Source: a virus (taxonomy: Duplodnaviria > Caudoviricetes). Taken from it: a stretch of 64,000 nucleotides of DNA. The notes below the pieces were generated by a model that saw only the letters and a list, made by a program, of their open reading frames with translations, did not search any database and had not been told where the DNA came from. Shown in pieces: positions 9,488 through 19,970 of the stretch; position 1 is the first letter of the stretch; each line of letters begins with the position of its first letter. Location: the IMG/VR virus record IMGVR_UViG_3300046710_000146, positions 1 through 64,000 of that record; one strand, 5' to 3'. The translations under genes were made by a program, and so were the position numbers.

Positions 9488-9762
9488 CGCTCTATACCCT
9501 CACCATTCGGCCGCTCGGGCTTACCAAAGGTAACGCGATTGTGAAGCAGGTTCGAACTAAACTTGGCGCGACCTGGGCAATGCTCCAGATCATGAAAGCA
9601 ATTGCGGTGACATACGATAAGCACGGGGTGACTGATCACCATGTAGAAGATGATACCATTATCATCATGTTCCGGGTGCGCGGTGCGGTGCAATCGGTCC
9701 CAATCATCGGCATCACGATTGACGACACGCCACAGATGCCAGACCAGGAATTTCAGACCTGA
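9484..9762 (+). CDS. hypothetical protein
   Basis: ATGA overlap. Confidence 0.65.
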   Translation: MTLYTLTIRPLGLTKGNAIVKQVRTKLGATWAMLQIMKAIAVTYDKHGVTDHHVEDDTIIIMFRVRGAVQSVPIIGITIDDTPQMPDQEFQT

Positions 9763-9818
9763 TTACAGCGGTCACCCCCAATGAATTTGGGGTATGATAG
9801 AAAGAACAGGAGAACTCT

Positions 9819-10109
9819 ATGCAGCAAGCAAATGTTGTTTTTATCGTCGAGATGACTGAATACGAACGTGGTTGGGGACAGCGCCCTGATGGGTTCCTAG
9901 CATTTGGGACCGAGGATGCCGCGAACCTGTATGTGCATGAAGAAACAAAAGCCCGTACCGGCCCTGCCCCCGAGATCTATGTTGCGTACAGCATGAAGGG
10001 GTACCGCGCGTGCTCACCGGCTGTTCTCGCTCGTGTGCTAGCCGCCTCAGAAGTTTCTGATGGGCAATGCGTGTACATCGATAAATTAGCTGAGCTTCAG
10101 AGCAGCTAA
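9819..10109 (+). CDS. hypothetical protein (EYERGWGQRPDG motif)
   Basis: TATGAT at 9793, AGGAG SD. Confidence 0.75.
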   Translation: MQQANVVFIVEMTEYERGWGQRPDGFLAFGTEDAANLYVHEETKARTGPAPEIYVAYSMKGYRACSPAVLARVLAASEVSDGQCVYIDKLAELQSS

Positions 10110-10151
10110 TCGGCCGAATGCGCTATAATAGAGGCCTCTGACTGGAACAAA

Positions 10152-10436
10152 ATGAACTTGATAACTCTTACTGAAGAAGAATTAACGCGACATGCAAACC
10201 TCGTATTTGTCGAAACAATTGCTGCGCTGGCGCAAGAAAAGCTCTTGACCGCCGAGCAAGCAGATGACACGATCTTGAACTATTCGGTGATCTTGGAAAG
10301 TCCCAGTTGGTTGCCCTCGTACCTGGCAAAATGGCTCAAGATTGACAACGATAAATTTAGGTGGCGAGTAGTCCGCGCCGTCGGTCGCAAAGAGGGCGGG
10401 CGAACTGCCACACACCAGACTGAAAAGAACACATGA
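10152..10436 (+). CDS. hypothetical protein
   Basis: TATAAT at 10124, coupled to the topoisomerase gene. Confidence 0.7.
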   Translation: MNLITLTEEELTRHANLVFVETIAALAQEKLLTAEQADDTILNYSVILESPSWLPSYLAKWLKIDNDKFRWRVVRAVGRKEGGRTATHQTEKNT

Positions 10437-12322
10437 CAAAACACATTGCCCAGACCTATAAGGTCCTCGACGAAATCTCACATGTCCGGCAGCGAACAGG
10501 CATGTACGCGGGGTCAACCGAATTCACCACCGCTGACGAGTACGTGTACGATCCTGCCATCAAGAAGATGGTCAAGCGTGCCGTGAAGTTTATTCCTGCG
10601 TTCGTGAAGATCTTCTCGGAGATTCTGGACAACGCAATTGATGAACACCGCCGCGCCCCCAAGGTCCTTGACACCATTCGTGTCGAGTTCGATCCTGATG
10701 GCACGATCTCCGTGATGGACAATGGCCGCGGTATTCCAGTCGAAAAGCATCCACAGACTGGAACGTATGTCGCCGAGACCGTGTTCTCAAATCTTCGTGC
10801 GGGCTCGAACTTCAACGACAATGAAGACCAACAGTTGATCGGCACAAACGGTGTTGGCTCAACGCTTACGAACATCTTAAGCTCAAGCTTCAAGATTGAA
10901 TCGTGCGATGGTAAAAAGCTCCTGAAACAGGAGTTCTTCAATGGCATGCGCGAGCACACCGATCCAAAGATCACGCCTTCCGCGAAGAACCACACGAAGA
11001 TTACCTTCCGCCCAGACTACGAGTTCTTCAAGCTCACGGGGCTTGACACCGATCATGTTCTGAAGATGACGAAGAAGATCGCCGACGCCGCGGCCTGTAA
11101 CCCAGGTGTGAAGTTCTTCGTGAACGGCGAGCGGATTGACGTTAAGAACTTCGGCGACTACATCGCGCTTTACGCCGATGAGTACGTGTTCGACGAGACG
11201 GACGACTTCAAGGTCGGCGTCTCAGCGTCAGATGGCTTTGAGCAGATCAGCTTCGTGAACTCAGTCGAGACCTACCAAGGCGGCACACACGTCTGGTACG
11301 TAATGGACCAGATCACGAACGCGCTCCGTGAGTTCATCTTGAAAAAGCACAAGGTTGAGGTGAAGCCCGCTGAGATTCGTACGCACATGCGGGTGTACAT
11401 CAGCGCGAACATCAATCGGCCAAAGTTCTCCTCGCAGACGAAAGAGAACATGATCAGCCAGCCTGGCACGTACAAGACCTCATGGGCGGTGCCTGACCTG
11501 ATGATCAAGAAGCTCGTGAAATCGCCGATCATTCAGTCGGTGTTGGATTGGGTAGAAGCAAAGGCGAAGGCCGCCGAGATGGCGGAGCTTCGGAAGCTGA
11601 ACAAGGAAGCTGCGAAGACGAACCCAAAGCGTGTCGACAAGTTCGATGACGCAGTTGAGAAGACGAAGCGCCACCTGTGTGAGTGCTACTTCACTGAGGG
11701 TGACTCAGCTCGGAACTCAATTCAATCGGCTCGTGGTAAGAACCAGCTGATCGGTTCGTTCTCGCTACGCGGCAAGCCAATGAACGTGTACGATGCCGAC
11801 ACGAAGGACGTGATTGGGAACAACGAGTTTGCGAACATTCTGACGGTGACCGGTCTTCAACTCGGTGAAGAGGTTCGCTCTGTAACGCAGCTTCGATTTG
11901 GAAAGCTCGTCGTTCTGTCTGATCAGGACTTGGACGGCTTTCACGTGACCTCGTTGGTGCTCAGCTTCTGGGCGAAGTACTGGCCTGAGCTCTTCAAGCT
12001 TGGTGTGGTGTACCGCATGAACACACCGTTGTATCTTGCCACGACCTCCAAAGGTGAGGTCTTCGAGTTCTTCACCGAAGAAGAGTATCAAGCATGGTTG
12101 CCGAAGGCGCCAAAGCACAAAGCCGATTACTTCAAGGGACTTGGCGGCTTTGACACCGAAACCTTCGAGCGGTTCCTCGTGAACCGTGAACGATACCTGG
12201 TACGAATCACCGCCCTCGAGGCCGCCGATCTGGCGAAGTTCGAGCTCGCTTTCTCAAACACCGAACAAGATGCCAGGAAAATCTGGTTGGAAGATGTTCG
12301 ATATTTTCATGGACAGGATTAA
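10433..12322 (+). CDS. DNA topoisomerase II ATPase/TOPRIM subunit (T4 gp39+60-like, uninterrupted)
   Basis: EILDNAIDE, DNGRGIP, GTNGVG, TEGDSA, LRGK, DQDLDG and YFKGLG motifs. Confidence 0.95.
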   Translation: MTKHIAQTYKVLDEISHVRQRTGMYAGSTEFTTADEYVYDPAIKKMVKRAVKFIPAFVKIFSEILDNAIDEHRRAPKVLDTIRVEFDPDGTISVMDNGRGIPVEKHPQTGTYVAETVFSNLRAGSNFNDNEDQQLIGTNGVGSTLTNILSSSFKIESCDGKKLLKQEFFNGMREHTDPKITPSAKNHTKITFRPDYEFFKLTGLDTDHVLKMTKKIADAAACNPGVKFFVNGERIDVKNFGDYIALYADEYVFDETDDFKVGVSASDGFEQISFVNSVETYQGGTHVWYVMDQITNALREFILKKHKVEVKPAEIRTHMRVYISANINRPKFSSQTKENMISQPGTYKTSWAVPDLMIKKLVKSPIIQSVLDWVEAKAKAAEMAELRKLNKEAAKTNPKRVDKFDDAVEKTKRHLCECYFTEGDSARNSIQSARGKNQLIGSFSLRGKPMNVYDADTKDVIGNNEFANILTVTGLQLGEEVRSVTQLRFGKLVVLSDQDLDGFHVTSLVLSFWAKYWPELFKLGVVYRMNTPLYLATTSKGEVFEFFTEEEYQAWLPKAPKHKADYFKGLGGFDTETFERFLVNRERYLVRITALEAADLAKFELAFSNTEQDARKIWLEDVRYFHGQD

Positions 12323-12324
12323 TC

Positions 12325-12714
12325 ATGACCACACCAGCAGCCGCCGCGCTTTACGAAGCACAACACGTTTATGCACATCAACACGCCAAGGTCGTGGTAT
12401 TCAACCCACATGAAAAGCCGGTGCAAGAGCTCCCAGTGATCTTTGGGTTCAACAACGGTGGTTCAATTGGCTGGCTGAACGCGGTCTTGGTGGCGGAAGA
12501 TGGCACCGACCTGGGTGGCCACATCTGCAGCTCTGAAGCGTACATGCCCGCCGATCTAGGCATCATTGAAGGCCGTGATGATCGGCACGAGGGGTTTCGT
12601 AGACATTACCCAGATGGCTACCGCATGGAATTCGTTCCTTACGCTAATTTGCCTGGGCACGCTGCACTCAATCTCGCGCTTGAACGCTACGATGCGGCGA
12701 ATCCAGCGGAGTGA
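12325..12714 (+). CDS. hypothetical protein inserted between the topoisomerase subunits
   Basis: AGGA SD; IFGFNNGG and HICSSE motifs. Confidence 0.75.
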   Translation: MTTPAAAALYEAQHVYAHQHAKVVVFNPHEKPVQELPVIFGFNNGGSIGWLNAVLVAEDGTDLGGHICSSEAYMPADLGIIEGRDDRHEGFRRHYPDGYRMEFVPYANLPGHAALNLALERYDAANPAE

Positions 12715-12762
12715 TACCCGCATGGCGTTCATGCATTAGCAAGACTTGAGATACAATACACC

Positions 12763-14103
12763 ATGGCAGAAAACACCTTATCAGCATCTCAGTTCATTGA
12801 CGACAAGCTGCGCCTGTACTCGGCGCACTCGAACGTTCGTGGTATTCCATTCATCGGCGACGGCTTCAAGCAGTCGCATCGTAAGGCCCTTGACGGCATG
12901 ATGCGACGTGGTGAGAACGCGGACAAAGACACGGTCGAGCGAATTGCAGCAGCCGCGGCGTCCGTCACTGACTATCACCATGGTGTCGGTTCGCTTGAGG
13001 GCACGATCGTCGGCATGGCACAGTCATTTGCTGGGTCGAATAATCTTCCACTCTTTGAAGCACATGGCCAGTTCGGAAATCGGCTGAACAAGAAGCCATC
13101 CGCGTCACGGTACATTCGGACGAAGCTCGCGCCGATCTTTCGTCAGCTGTTCCGCAAGGATGATGACCTGATCTTTGAGCGCATCGATTCGAATGGCTTG
13201 AAGGTTGAACCAAAGTACTTCACTCCAATTCTTCCACTCGTGCTGATCAACGGCGCCGAGGGTATGGGCACTGGGCACTCGTGCCGAATCCTGTCGTACA
13301 ACCCTGAGGACATTCGGAACGCGATCGTCAAGCTCATCGATGGCAAGAACCTGAAGCCAAATTCACTGACGCCTTGGTGGCGTGGCTTTGACGGTACCGT
13401 GTCGCGCGACTCGGGATCTGGTCAGGTTGTGATTGAAGGAAAGTACACCGTGAAGCAGGGTCGCGGCTCTGGAATCATCGTCACTGAGCTGCCAATTGGC
13501 GTGCAGAGCGATCAGTACAAAGCGCACCTTGACAAGCTTGAAGACCGCGGCATCATCTCTGACTACGACAATCTGTCCGATAAGAAGGGCTTTGAGTTCA
13601 TAGTACGGCTCCCCAGGGCCACCCTGGAGAAGACGGACGAGGAGATCAAGAAGCTATTCAAGCTCGTGTCTCGGGAGTCCGAGAACCTTACTGTGTGGAA
13701 CGGCGATGGTGTCCTGACACGTTATGAGACGGTCGAAGCGTTGCTCATGGACTTTGTGATCTGGCGGCTTGACCGTTATGAAGATCGACGTCAAGCCCTC
13801 ATTAAGAAGGTGCAAGCGGACATCGCCTGGGCTGGTCTCAAGATCCGCTTCATTCGGTTCTACCTCGCGAACTACAAGTTCTTCCGTGACACGCCGAACA
13901 AGGCGCTTCAAACACGACTGGTTGATGAAGGGTTTGAGCGGCACGATGAGCTGTTAGGCATGCCAATGCGGAACCTGACACATGACAAGATCGCTGAGCT
14001 TGAGAAGGACGTTGAAGACCTGAAGCTGCAGCTCGCTGGTTTGAAGGCCGACGACGCAGCAAGCATGTATCGTCGTGAACTGAAGGAGCTGAAGCTACCA
14101 TGA
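12763..14103 (+). CDS. DNA topoisomerase II DNA-cleavage subunit (T4 gp52/GyrA-like)
   Basis: DGFKQSHRK, YHHG, catalytic ASRYI and LINGAEGMGTG motifs; TACAAT-N5-ATG. Confidence 0.95.
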   Translation: MAENTLSASQFIDDKLRLYSAHSNVRGIPFIGDGFKQSHRKALDGMMRRGENADKDTVERIAAAAASVTDYHHGVGSLEGTIVGMAQSFAGSNNLPLFEAHGQFGNRLNKKPSASRYIRTKLAPIFRQLFRKDDDLIFERIDSNGLKVEPKYFTPILPLVLINGAEGMGTGHSCRILSYNPEDIRNAIVKLIDGKNLKPNSLTPWWRGFDGTVSRDSGSGQVVIEGKYTVKQGRGSGIIVTELPIGVQSDQYKAHLDKLEDRGIISDYDNLSDKKGFEFIVRLPRATLEKTDEEIKKLFKLVSRESENLTVWNGDGVLTRYETVEALLMDFVIWRLDRYEDRRQALIKKVQADIAWAGLKIRFIRFYLANYKFFRDTPNKALQTRLVDEGFERHDELLGMPMRNLTHDKIAELEKDVEDLKLQLAGLKADDAASMYRRELKELKLP

Positions 14104-14306
14104 CAACAAAAAACGTGATCTTCACGATCGACAACAGCGTTGACCCAGCTGAGGTGCGAGTTGCTGAGGCCGGCCGAGAAGGGACAGTCAAAATACTCCT
14201 TATGAAGCCCCTTCAGTCGGATAAGCGCATGTCATTGACAGTCATGGATCTTGTGCAGGTGTTGAATAAGCTCGGGCACGCAGTTACGTATGAGGAGCTC
14301 CCATGA
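14100..14306 (+). CDS. hypothetical protein
   Basis: ATGA overlap. Confidence 0.65.
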   Translation: MTTKNVIFTIDNSVDPAEVRVAEAGREGTVKILLMKPLQSDKRMSLTVMDLVQVLNKLGHAVTYEELP

Positions 14307-14746
14307 GGCAGTCGCACATGATCACCTTCATCCTGTATCGTCCTAGTGATGTGATTGTCACCCTTGGGATGCTGGATGAGTACTCTGAGAGCGCACTTAC
14401 TATTCAGGAATTCTTGGACTACGAGGCGCTAATCATGTGTAATTGGCTTCAAGAGAAATTCTATGACGATCTACTGCTCTTTGAACGGGAAGACTTTCAT
14501 CGCCCAATTCAAGTCATAACCCTAGTAGATGGGGTCCTTCTAGCGAAGGGCAAACAGAATATGCATTGTGACATTGAGGCAATCATTCGTGAAGCACGCG
14601 CGAACGCACAGGCTGCATTTGACACTGCGAAAGAACAGGAACCAACCCCAGAAATGGGTGTCATGAGACTGCGTGCAAGGGTCCGTGAGCTCGCCGCAAA
14701 ATGCCACATGACCTTGGAAGATGCAGGCATCTCCATCAAGGGCTGA
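14303..14746 (+). CDS. hypothetical protein
   Basis: GAGGAG SD, ATGA overlap. Confidence 0.7.
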   Translation: MRQSHMITFILYRPSDVIVTLGMLDEYSESALTIQEFLDYEALIMCNWLQEKFYDDLLLFEREDFHRPIQVITLVDGVLLAKGKQNMHCDIEAIIREARANAQAAFDTAKEQEPTPEMGVMRLRARVRELAAKCHMTLEDAGISIKG

Positions 14747-14748
14747 TC

Positions 14749-15051
14749 ATGCAAGATAAAGACACCTTCAGCGTTCAAGAGATCGCAAAGCTTCCCACGA
14801 ATGCGCCGTACTTCATGATCTTGGTGAACAACGCGTTCACATATGATGACGGGTACGGTACGCGCGGTGAGTCTTCAACAAGCACACACCGTTCACTGAA
14901 CATTGAGATCTGCCTGACTGAAGAAGCGCTGAACTCCTGGGTGATCGAGAATGATCGCACAAGGTACGGTCCACCAAAGGTGTACTCTGTTGTTCGTGTG
15001 AATCCAGTGCAGGTCGTTCGATCTGTCGCCTTCCAGTTCAAGGACCTATGA
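14749..15051 (+). CDS. hypothetical protein
   Basis: ATG 14749 follows the upstream stop. Confidence 0.65.
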   Translation: MQDKDTFSVQEIAKLPTNAPYFMILVNNAFTYDDGYGTRGESSTSTHRSLNIEICLTEEALNSWVIENDRTRYGPPKVYSVVRVNPVQVVRSVAFQFKDL

Positions 15052-15893
15052 CGCCGTTCGATGTTCTGGGCGTGCCAAGGAACTGCTCAATCGAGGACGC
15101 CAAAGCCGCATACCGAAGACTCGCTTCTGTGAATCACCCGGATAAGGGCGGCGTCACGAAGCGATTCCAAGACATTCAGGGTGCGTGGGACAAGATTGAG
15201 AACGGATATCGGTATGTTGAACCTGCAGCATCAACAGGATTCAGTGAACAACCGCCACCATTCAAATCAAGCTTCACCCCGGGCGCCACCCCGTACACGA
15301 CTGGAAAGACAGCTGGAAAACCAGCCCCAGGATACGAGGCGCGTCGTGGCCCACCGCTGATGCCGCAGACGACGCGGGCGGCACATGGGCAGCATAATCT
15401 AGTTATCGAGCTTACGCAGGATCAAGCGTTTGAGGGGTGCACCTTTCCGTTCATCCACAATCGAGCCGTATATGAGTACATCGTCAGGCCTGGCACTTTT
15501 GCTAGAAATGAGCAGGCGATCTTTCCGTTTGAGACGCAGATTGGTTTAAGCTGCGGGTCGTTCACAGTGAACATTGAGGTTAGAATACTAAATCAGCATT
15601 CCAATAAGAATGAACAGTCTCGAGATGCTGAGATGGAGCTTCCGCTCTGTGCGCTTGCGCTCTTCATTGGCGGCCGTGTTTCGGTTGCCGATCATCTTGG
15701 CGAGCTGGTGGTGATCACGATTGAGCCTGGGCAGGACCAAGATAAGATCTTCAAGTTCCCAAATCATGGATATGGAAATCATGGAAATCGTGGGACACTG
15801 TTGGTGAAGATCAAACCCGTGTTCAAGACCCCAGCCAGCCTAAATCAGCATGAGCTACAACAACTACAACGTTTGAATGAGATGACAAAATGA
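15048..15893 (+). CDS. J-domain (DnaJ/CbpA class B-like) co-chaperone
   Basis: [15 protein letters not shown] and C-terminal [10 protein letters not shown]. Confidence 0.85.
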   Translation: MTPFDVLGVPRNCSIEDAKAAYRRLASVNHPDKGGVTKRFQDIQGAWDKIENGYRYVEPAASTGFSEQPPPFKSSFTPGATPYTTGKTAGKPAPGYEARRGPPLMPQTTRAAHGQHNLVIELTQDQAFEGCTFPFIHNRAVYEYIVRPGTFARNEQAIFPFETQIGLSCGSFTVNIEVRILNQHSNKNEQSRDAEMELPLCALALFIGGRVSVADHLGELVVITIEPGQDQDKIFKFPNHGYGNHGNRGTLLVKIKPVFKTPASLNQHELQQLQRLNEMTK

Positions 15894-16726
15894 CGCATTA
15901 TGAAACCCTTGGTGTTAAAAAAGATGCCTCAGCAGACGAGATCAAGAAGGCTTATCGGAAGCTTGCATCAGAGCACCACCCAGATAAAGGGGGTGTCACC
16001 GCAAAGTTCCAGGAGATCCAGACCGCCTATGACACGCTTAGCGATCCACAGAAACGTGAACGATACGATCTTGGTGGCGGGCCTGAAGTAAATTCCAGAC
16101 AGTGGAATGCCGGGTCACAAGATGACATGGCTGACATCTTACGCGCTATGCGGGCGGCGCATGCACACGCGCAACGGAATGCAACTCCATTCATTCGGCT
16201 GCAGGTTGACATTGTGAAGGCCTTCAACGGAGCTAAGATTCCATTGAACATTAATGGCCGCAGCGTTGGGTATGTTTTACGCCCTGGCCTGCCGCCAGGC
16301 GTCAGCTTCATGGATGAGGTTCCATATGATGATGGTGTCAAAAAGGTCATTCAAATCCAGCTTCTGATCGACACTGGGGCTTTCACATTCAAACAAATAG
16401 GATCTGAGGATGGCATAAAGTTCTCAGGTGATCTTGAGGGGTCGATTGACGTCGATGTTCTTGACCTTCTCCTGGGTGCCTGGATCAAGACCAAGGACTT
16501 TCTTGGTAAGGAGATACAGGTCCGCGTGCCGGCTGGGTTTGAGCCACATCAGCGATTAAAGGTCGCGGCACACGGGTACTCAAACTGGAACAACGATAAG
16601 GCCGCCGGGCGAGGTGACCTGTACCTGCGTGTGAATCCAATCTTCAAACCGGCTGAAAAACTCGATCCAACGAAGGTTGAGGAGCTGTACAACATCACAC
16701 GCCCCAAAACAGAAGTGCCAACATGA
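15890..16726 (+). CDS. J-domain (DnaJ/CbpA class B-like) co-chaperone
   Basis: [30 protein letters not shown] and GRGDLYL. Confidence 0.9.
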   Translation: MTHYETLGVKKDASADEIKKAYRKLASEHHPDKGGVTAKFQEIQTAYDTLSDPQKRERYDLGGGPEVNSRQWNAGSQDDMADILRAMRAAHAHAQRNATPFIRLQVDIVKAFNGAKIPLNINGRSVGYVLRPGLPPGVSFMDEVPYDDGVKKVIQIQLLIDTGAFTFKQIGSEDGIKFSGDLEGSIDVDVLDLLLGAWIKTKDFLGKEIQVRVPAGFEPHQRLKVAAHGYSNWNNDKAAGRGDLYLRVNPIFKPAEKLDPTKVEELYNITRPKTEVPT

Positions 16727-17277
16727 AGTACTCAGGTCTAAGCAAGATAATTTCGGGCGGGCAAACGGGCGCGGACCAAGGTGGGCTGGTCGCCGCCTTC
16801 AAGGCCGGGCTCCTGACTGGAGGTACCGCCCCCTCCGGGTTCTACACCAGCGTCGGCCCGAACTACCTGCTCAGCGCGTTCGGTCTCAAAGACGCTGGCA
16901 CACTACAGACCAGGACGAAGATGAACATCAAGGACTCAGATGCAACGGTGATCTGCACGGTCGACTCGCAGTCAGCGGGATCATACTTGACTAGACGACT
17001 TTGCCGGGAGCTTGCCAAGCCGGTGTTGGAGCTCGATCTGCAAGCCGCCTGTGCAGCATACGGCGACACCGGAGGTGTGCCAGGTGAACTTGTTTACGCG
17101 CTCAGTATGTCTCTATCAGCGTTCGTAATCGAGCACCAGGCGTGCACCCTGAACGTTGCTGGAAATCGAGAACGGTTTCCAGATGGGCGGGTTCACCATC
17201 TGACGCAGTCGGTCATCGGCCATGGTTTACAGATCCTGGACCTGGAAGGATTCCTCGTGCGCGACGCCGATTTGTAA
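16723..17277 (+). CDS. SLOG-superfamily protein (putative molybdenum-carrier / circularly permuted YpsA type)
   Basis: [27 protein letters not shown] and LNVAGNRE. Confidence 0.8.
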   Translation: MKYSGLSKIISGGQTGADQGGLVAAFKAGLLTGGTAPSGFYTSVGPNYLLSAFGLKDAGTLQTRTKMNIKDSDATVICTVDSQSAGSYLTRRLCRELAKPVLELDLQAACAAYGDTGGVPGELVYALSMSLSAFVIEHQACTLNVAGNRERFPDGRVHHLTQSVIGHGLQILDLEGFLVRDADL

Positions 17278-17286
17278 CAATAGGCC

Positions 17287-17814
17287 ATGACGACCGCCCT
17301 CGCATCAAAAAGTAAATTCCTAAGCTACATCCTTCGGCATAAGCCAGAGGCAGCCGGAATTGCCCTCTCCAAAGAAGGCTGGGTTTCAGTCGAAGATGTT
17401 TGCCGGAATACCGACATCACGTTAGCTGAGCTGCATGAGATTGTGCGCGCTGATAAGAAGGGTCGATATTCAATCGAGAATAGTCTGATCCGTGCGAATC
17501 AGGGGCACAGCACTGAAACCGTAAAGTTGAACTACAAGACTGCCGTGCCGCCGCCCACCCTATATCACGGCACCACCGCTTCAGCAGCGGTTCGCAAGGA
17601 AGGGCTGAAGCCAATGTCGCGACATCACGTGCACATGAGCGCTGATGTAGACACCGCTCAGTCGGTTGGTGGGCGTCGTCGTGGCACGGTAACAATCTTC
17701 ACGATAAACACCGCTGTAATGCTCAGGGACGGATTCAAATTCTATCTGTCAGAGAACAACGTCTGGCTAATTGAGCACGTTCCAGCGAAATACCTAAAGG
17801 AAAAGACCCTATGA
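17287..17814 (+). CDS. kptA: RNA 2'-phosphotransferase (Tpt1/KptA)
   Basis: SKFLSYILRH, KGRY, IRANQGHS, LYHGT, GLKPMSRHHVH and SENNVWL. Confidence 0.93.
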   Translation: MTTALASKSKFLSYILRHKPEAAGIALSKEGWVSVEDVCRNTDITLAELHEIVRADKKGRYSIENSLIRANQGHSTETVKLNYKTAVPPPTLYHGTTASAAVRKEGLKPMSRHHVHMSADVDTAQSVGGRRRGTVTIFTINTAVMLRDGFKFYLSENNVWLIEHVPAKYLKEKTL

Positions 17815-18761
17815 GCAACAAGCACCCCCATGTCTCGAGCTGGGAACACGATTATTTGGATCTGTTAAAGACCATCCTCAGATATGGCGAACACCGTGGA
17901 GATCGAACTGGGACTGGAACACGGGCAATCTTTGGGGATCAGCTTCGCATTGATCTGCGAGAGGGGTTCCCAGCCGTCACGACCAAGAAGTTGGCTTGGA
18001 AGTCAATGGCCACGGAGCTTCAATGGTTCATCGAGGGTTCCGGTGACGAGCGCAGATTAGCTGAGATCCTGCACGGCACGCGAGATCCAGCGAACCGCAC
18101 GATCTGGACGGACAATGCTGAGGCCTCATATTGGAAGCCAAAGGCAAAATACCCGGGTGATCTGGGCTCGGTGTACGGTGTACAGTGGCGGCACTGGAAG
18201 CACACAACCCTCATGGGGGCTGAAGACTATCTGAACCATGATGAAGGCGGCACGCATTACTACGGAGCAAAGATCTTAGTCGAAGAAGTTGATCAGCTGA
18301 AACGCGTAATTGACACGTTGAAGACGAACCCAACGGATCGTCGGATCATTCTGTCCGCCTGGAACCCAGGTGAACTGAACCAAATGGCACTTCCTCCATG
18401 CCACATGTTCGCACAGTTCTATCTGAGCAACGACAATGAGCTGTCCTGCCAAATGTATCAGCGATCAGTGGACTCGTTCCTTGGGCTGCCATTCAACATT
18501 GCGTCGTACGCGCTGTTGACTCATCAGATTGCGCATGTAATTGGTGCTGGTGTTGGTGAGCTGATCATGCTCCTTGGTGATACACACGTGTACAACGATC
18601 ACATTGCACAGGTCGAAGAGCAGGTCAGCAGATCGCCAACCGCCGCCCCAACGCTGAAATTTAACCGCAAGGTCGAGAACATCGAGGACTTCAGGCTTGA
18701 GGACTTTGAGCTCGTTGGATATGAATCGCAGGCCGCAATTACCGCAAAGATGTCAACATGA
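17811..18761 (+). CDS. thyA: thymidylate synthase
   Basis: DRTGTGT, YGVQWR, MALPPCH and YQRSVD..LGLPFN (dUMP-specifying Asn). Confidence 0.96.
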   Translation: MSNKHPHVSSWEHDYLDLLKTILRYGEHRGDRTGTGTRAIFGDQLRIDLREGFPAVTTKKLAWKSMATELQWFIEGSGDERRLAEILHGTRDPANRTIWTDNAEASYWKPKAKYPGDLGSVYGVQWRHWKHTTLMGAEDYLNHDEGGTHYYGAKILVEEVDQLKRVIDTLKTNPTDRRIILSAWNPGELNQMALPPCHMFAQFYLSNDNELSCQMYQRSVDSFLGLPFNIASYALLTHQIAHVIGAGVGELIMLLGDTHVYNDHIAQVEEQVSRSPTAAPTLKFNRKVENIEDFRLEDFELVGYESQAAITAKMST

Positions 18762-19225
18762 TTTTTTACCGATACGTTCGCCCAGTTCGGTTCGATTCAA
18801 AACGCGTCGAGGTGCAGACCTTTTCCCGTGGTGGCGTGTGTCTACGATTCGAGGCGCATCCGAATGAAACGCTGTGGTTCACCCATTCGCGTTGCCATCC
18901 TGATGAGCTGTTCTCCAAGGACATTGCGCGAAAGATCGCCGATCAGCGGGCTGAGTCAATGGCCCCATTGATCAAGAACGACATGCAGCTGATCTTGACG
19001 GAGCCTCCATTCTTGATCGAAGACGTGATTGAGTGGTGCTCCATCTGGGATCCTGTACCATACCCGCCGATTGTTTCGTATGCAAGGGATGAGCTTCGAC
19101 AGCTTGGTTCTGCGCTGTCGGCAATTGTGGACTTGAACCTCCAAGAGTACAAGAAGATGCAGGATTGGATGACCATTCAGGCAGCGGCTAAATTTCAGGA
19201 TGATTATGACCGTCTCAGTAGGTAA
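18758..19225 (+). CDS. hypothetical protein
   Basis: ATGA overlap. Confidence 0.7.
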   Translation: MIFYRYVRPVRFDSKRVEVQTFSRGGVCLRFEAHPNETLWFTHSRCHPDELFSKDIARKIADQRAESMAPLIKNDMQLILTEPPFLIEDVIEWCSIWDPVPYPPIVSYARDELRQLGSALSAIVDLNLQEYKKMQDWMTIQAAAKFQDDYDRLSR

Positions 19226-19697
19226 CATCCTCGATATCACTGAAGGCGTGATCATTCAGCAGGTGAATGCTCAGGGTGTCATGAAGTCTGGAATTGCTAA
19301 GGTGATCCGTGATAAATGGCCGGTAGTTTGGGATGAATACTCAGCGCGCGTGGGGCCACCATACACTCAGAAGAACTCGGGTGCCGATCTGCTGGGCACC
19401 GTGATTCTGACGCAGGTCGAACCTACAGTGATCGTGGCCAGCATTGTGGGCCAACAGTTCTATCGTAGGCAGACTGACCCAGAAGGGCGACTGTACACCT
19501 CGTATGATGCACTTGATAAGGCCCTCACCGAGCTGGCAAGCCTCCTTCAGGGCATCGAGGTGTGTTTGCATTACCCATTGCTTGGGTCGGATCGTGGTGG
19601 CGCGCATTGGCCAATCGTAAAAGCGATCGTTGATCATCGTCTAGAACGCTTCGACCATCGGCTCTGGCTCCTACCCGGCGTGGCTGAACCAACCTGA
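19206..19697 (+). CDS. macrodomain protein (Poa1/TARG1/DarG-like class)
   Basis: GNILD, QQVNAQGVMKSGIA and YPLLGSDRGGAHW. Confidence 0.85.
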   Translation: MTVSVGNILDITEGVIIQQVNAQGVMKSGIAKVIRDKWPVVWDEYSARVGPPYTQKNSGADLLGTVILTQVEPTVIVASIVGQQFYRRQTDPEGRLYTSYDALDKALTELASLLQGIEVCLHYPLLGSDRGGAHWPIVKAIVDHRLERFDHRLWLLPGVAEPT

Positions 19698-19740
19698 CAT
19701 GGTAAATAAAGCGTCTCAACCGTCCTAAAGGGCATTTTGT

Positions 19741-19917
19741 ATGGGCGAACATATCGACCTGCGAGCACAAGCTCGCAAAAAGAAACTCAAAGAGCATGAT
19801 ACGAATGCGCGGCAAGTCCGTGTTTCATTCAAGCGCTATCTGCGTGATCTCGAAGAAGAGCAGCTTCTGAACGATCTTGAAATGGACCCTGTCCCAGATA
19901 CTGACCGGGATGATTGA
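19741..19917 (+). CDS. small charged late protein (58 aa, MGEHIDLRAQARKKK...), below the ORF-track cut-off
   Basis: clean ORF filling the gap; TAAATA at 19703. Confidence 0.6.
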   Translation: MGEHIDLRAQARKKKLKEHDTNARQVRVSFKRYLRDLEEEQLLNDLEMDPVPDTDRDD

Positions 19918-19928
19918 TCGGCATCCGT

Positions 19929-19955
19929 AGTGACATGTCTAAATAACATGTCACT
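19929..19955. promoter_or_regulatory. late promoter CTAAATA in the loop of a perfect 10-bp inverted repeat
   Basis: AGTGACATGT-CTAAATA-ACATGTCACT. Confidence 0.65.
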
Positions 19956-19970
19956 CTTTACGGCGCGCCC

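Noticed and set aside
10433-12322. T4 gene 60-style ribosomal bypass or split in the topoisomerase
   Set aside because: The ORF is continuous through the ATPase and TOPRIM motifs.
17811-18761. ThyA as a dCMP-modifying enzyme
   Set aside because: It keeps the dUMP-specifying Asn (LGLPFN) and canonical motifs.
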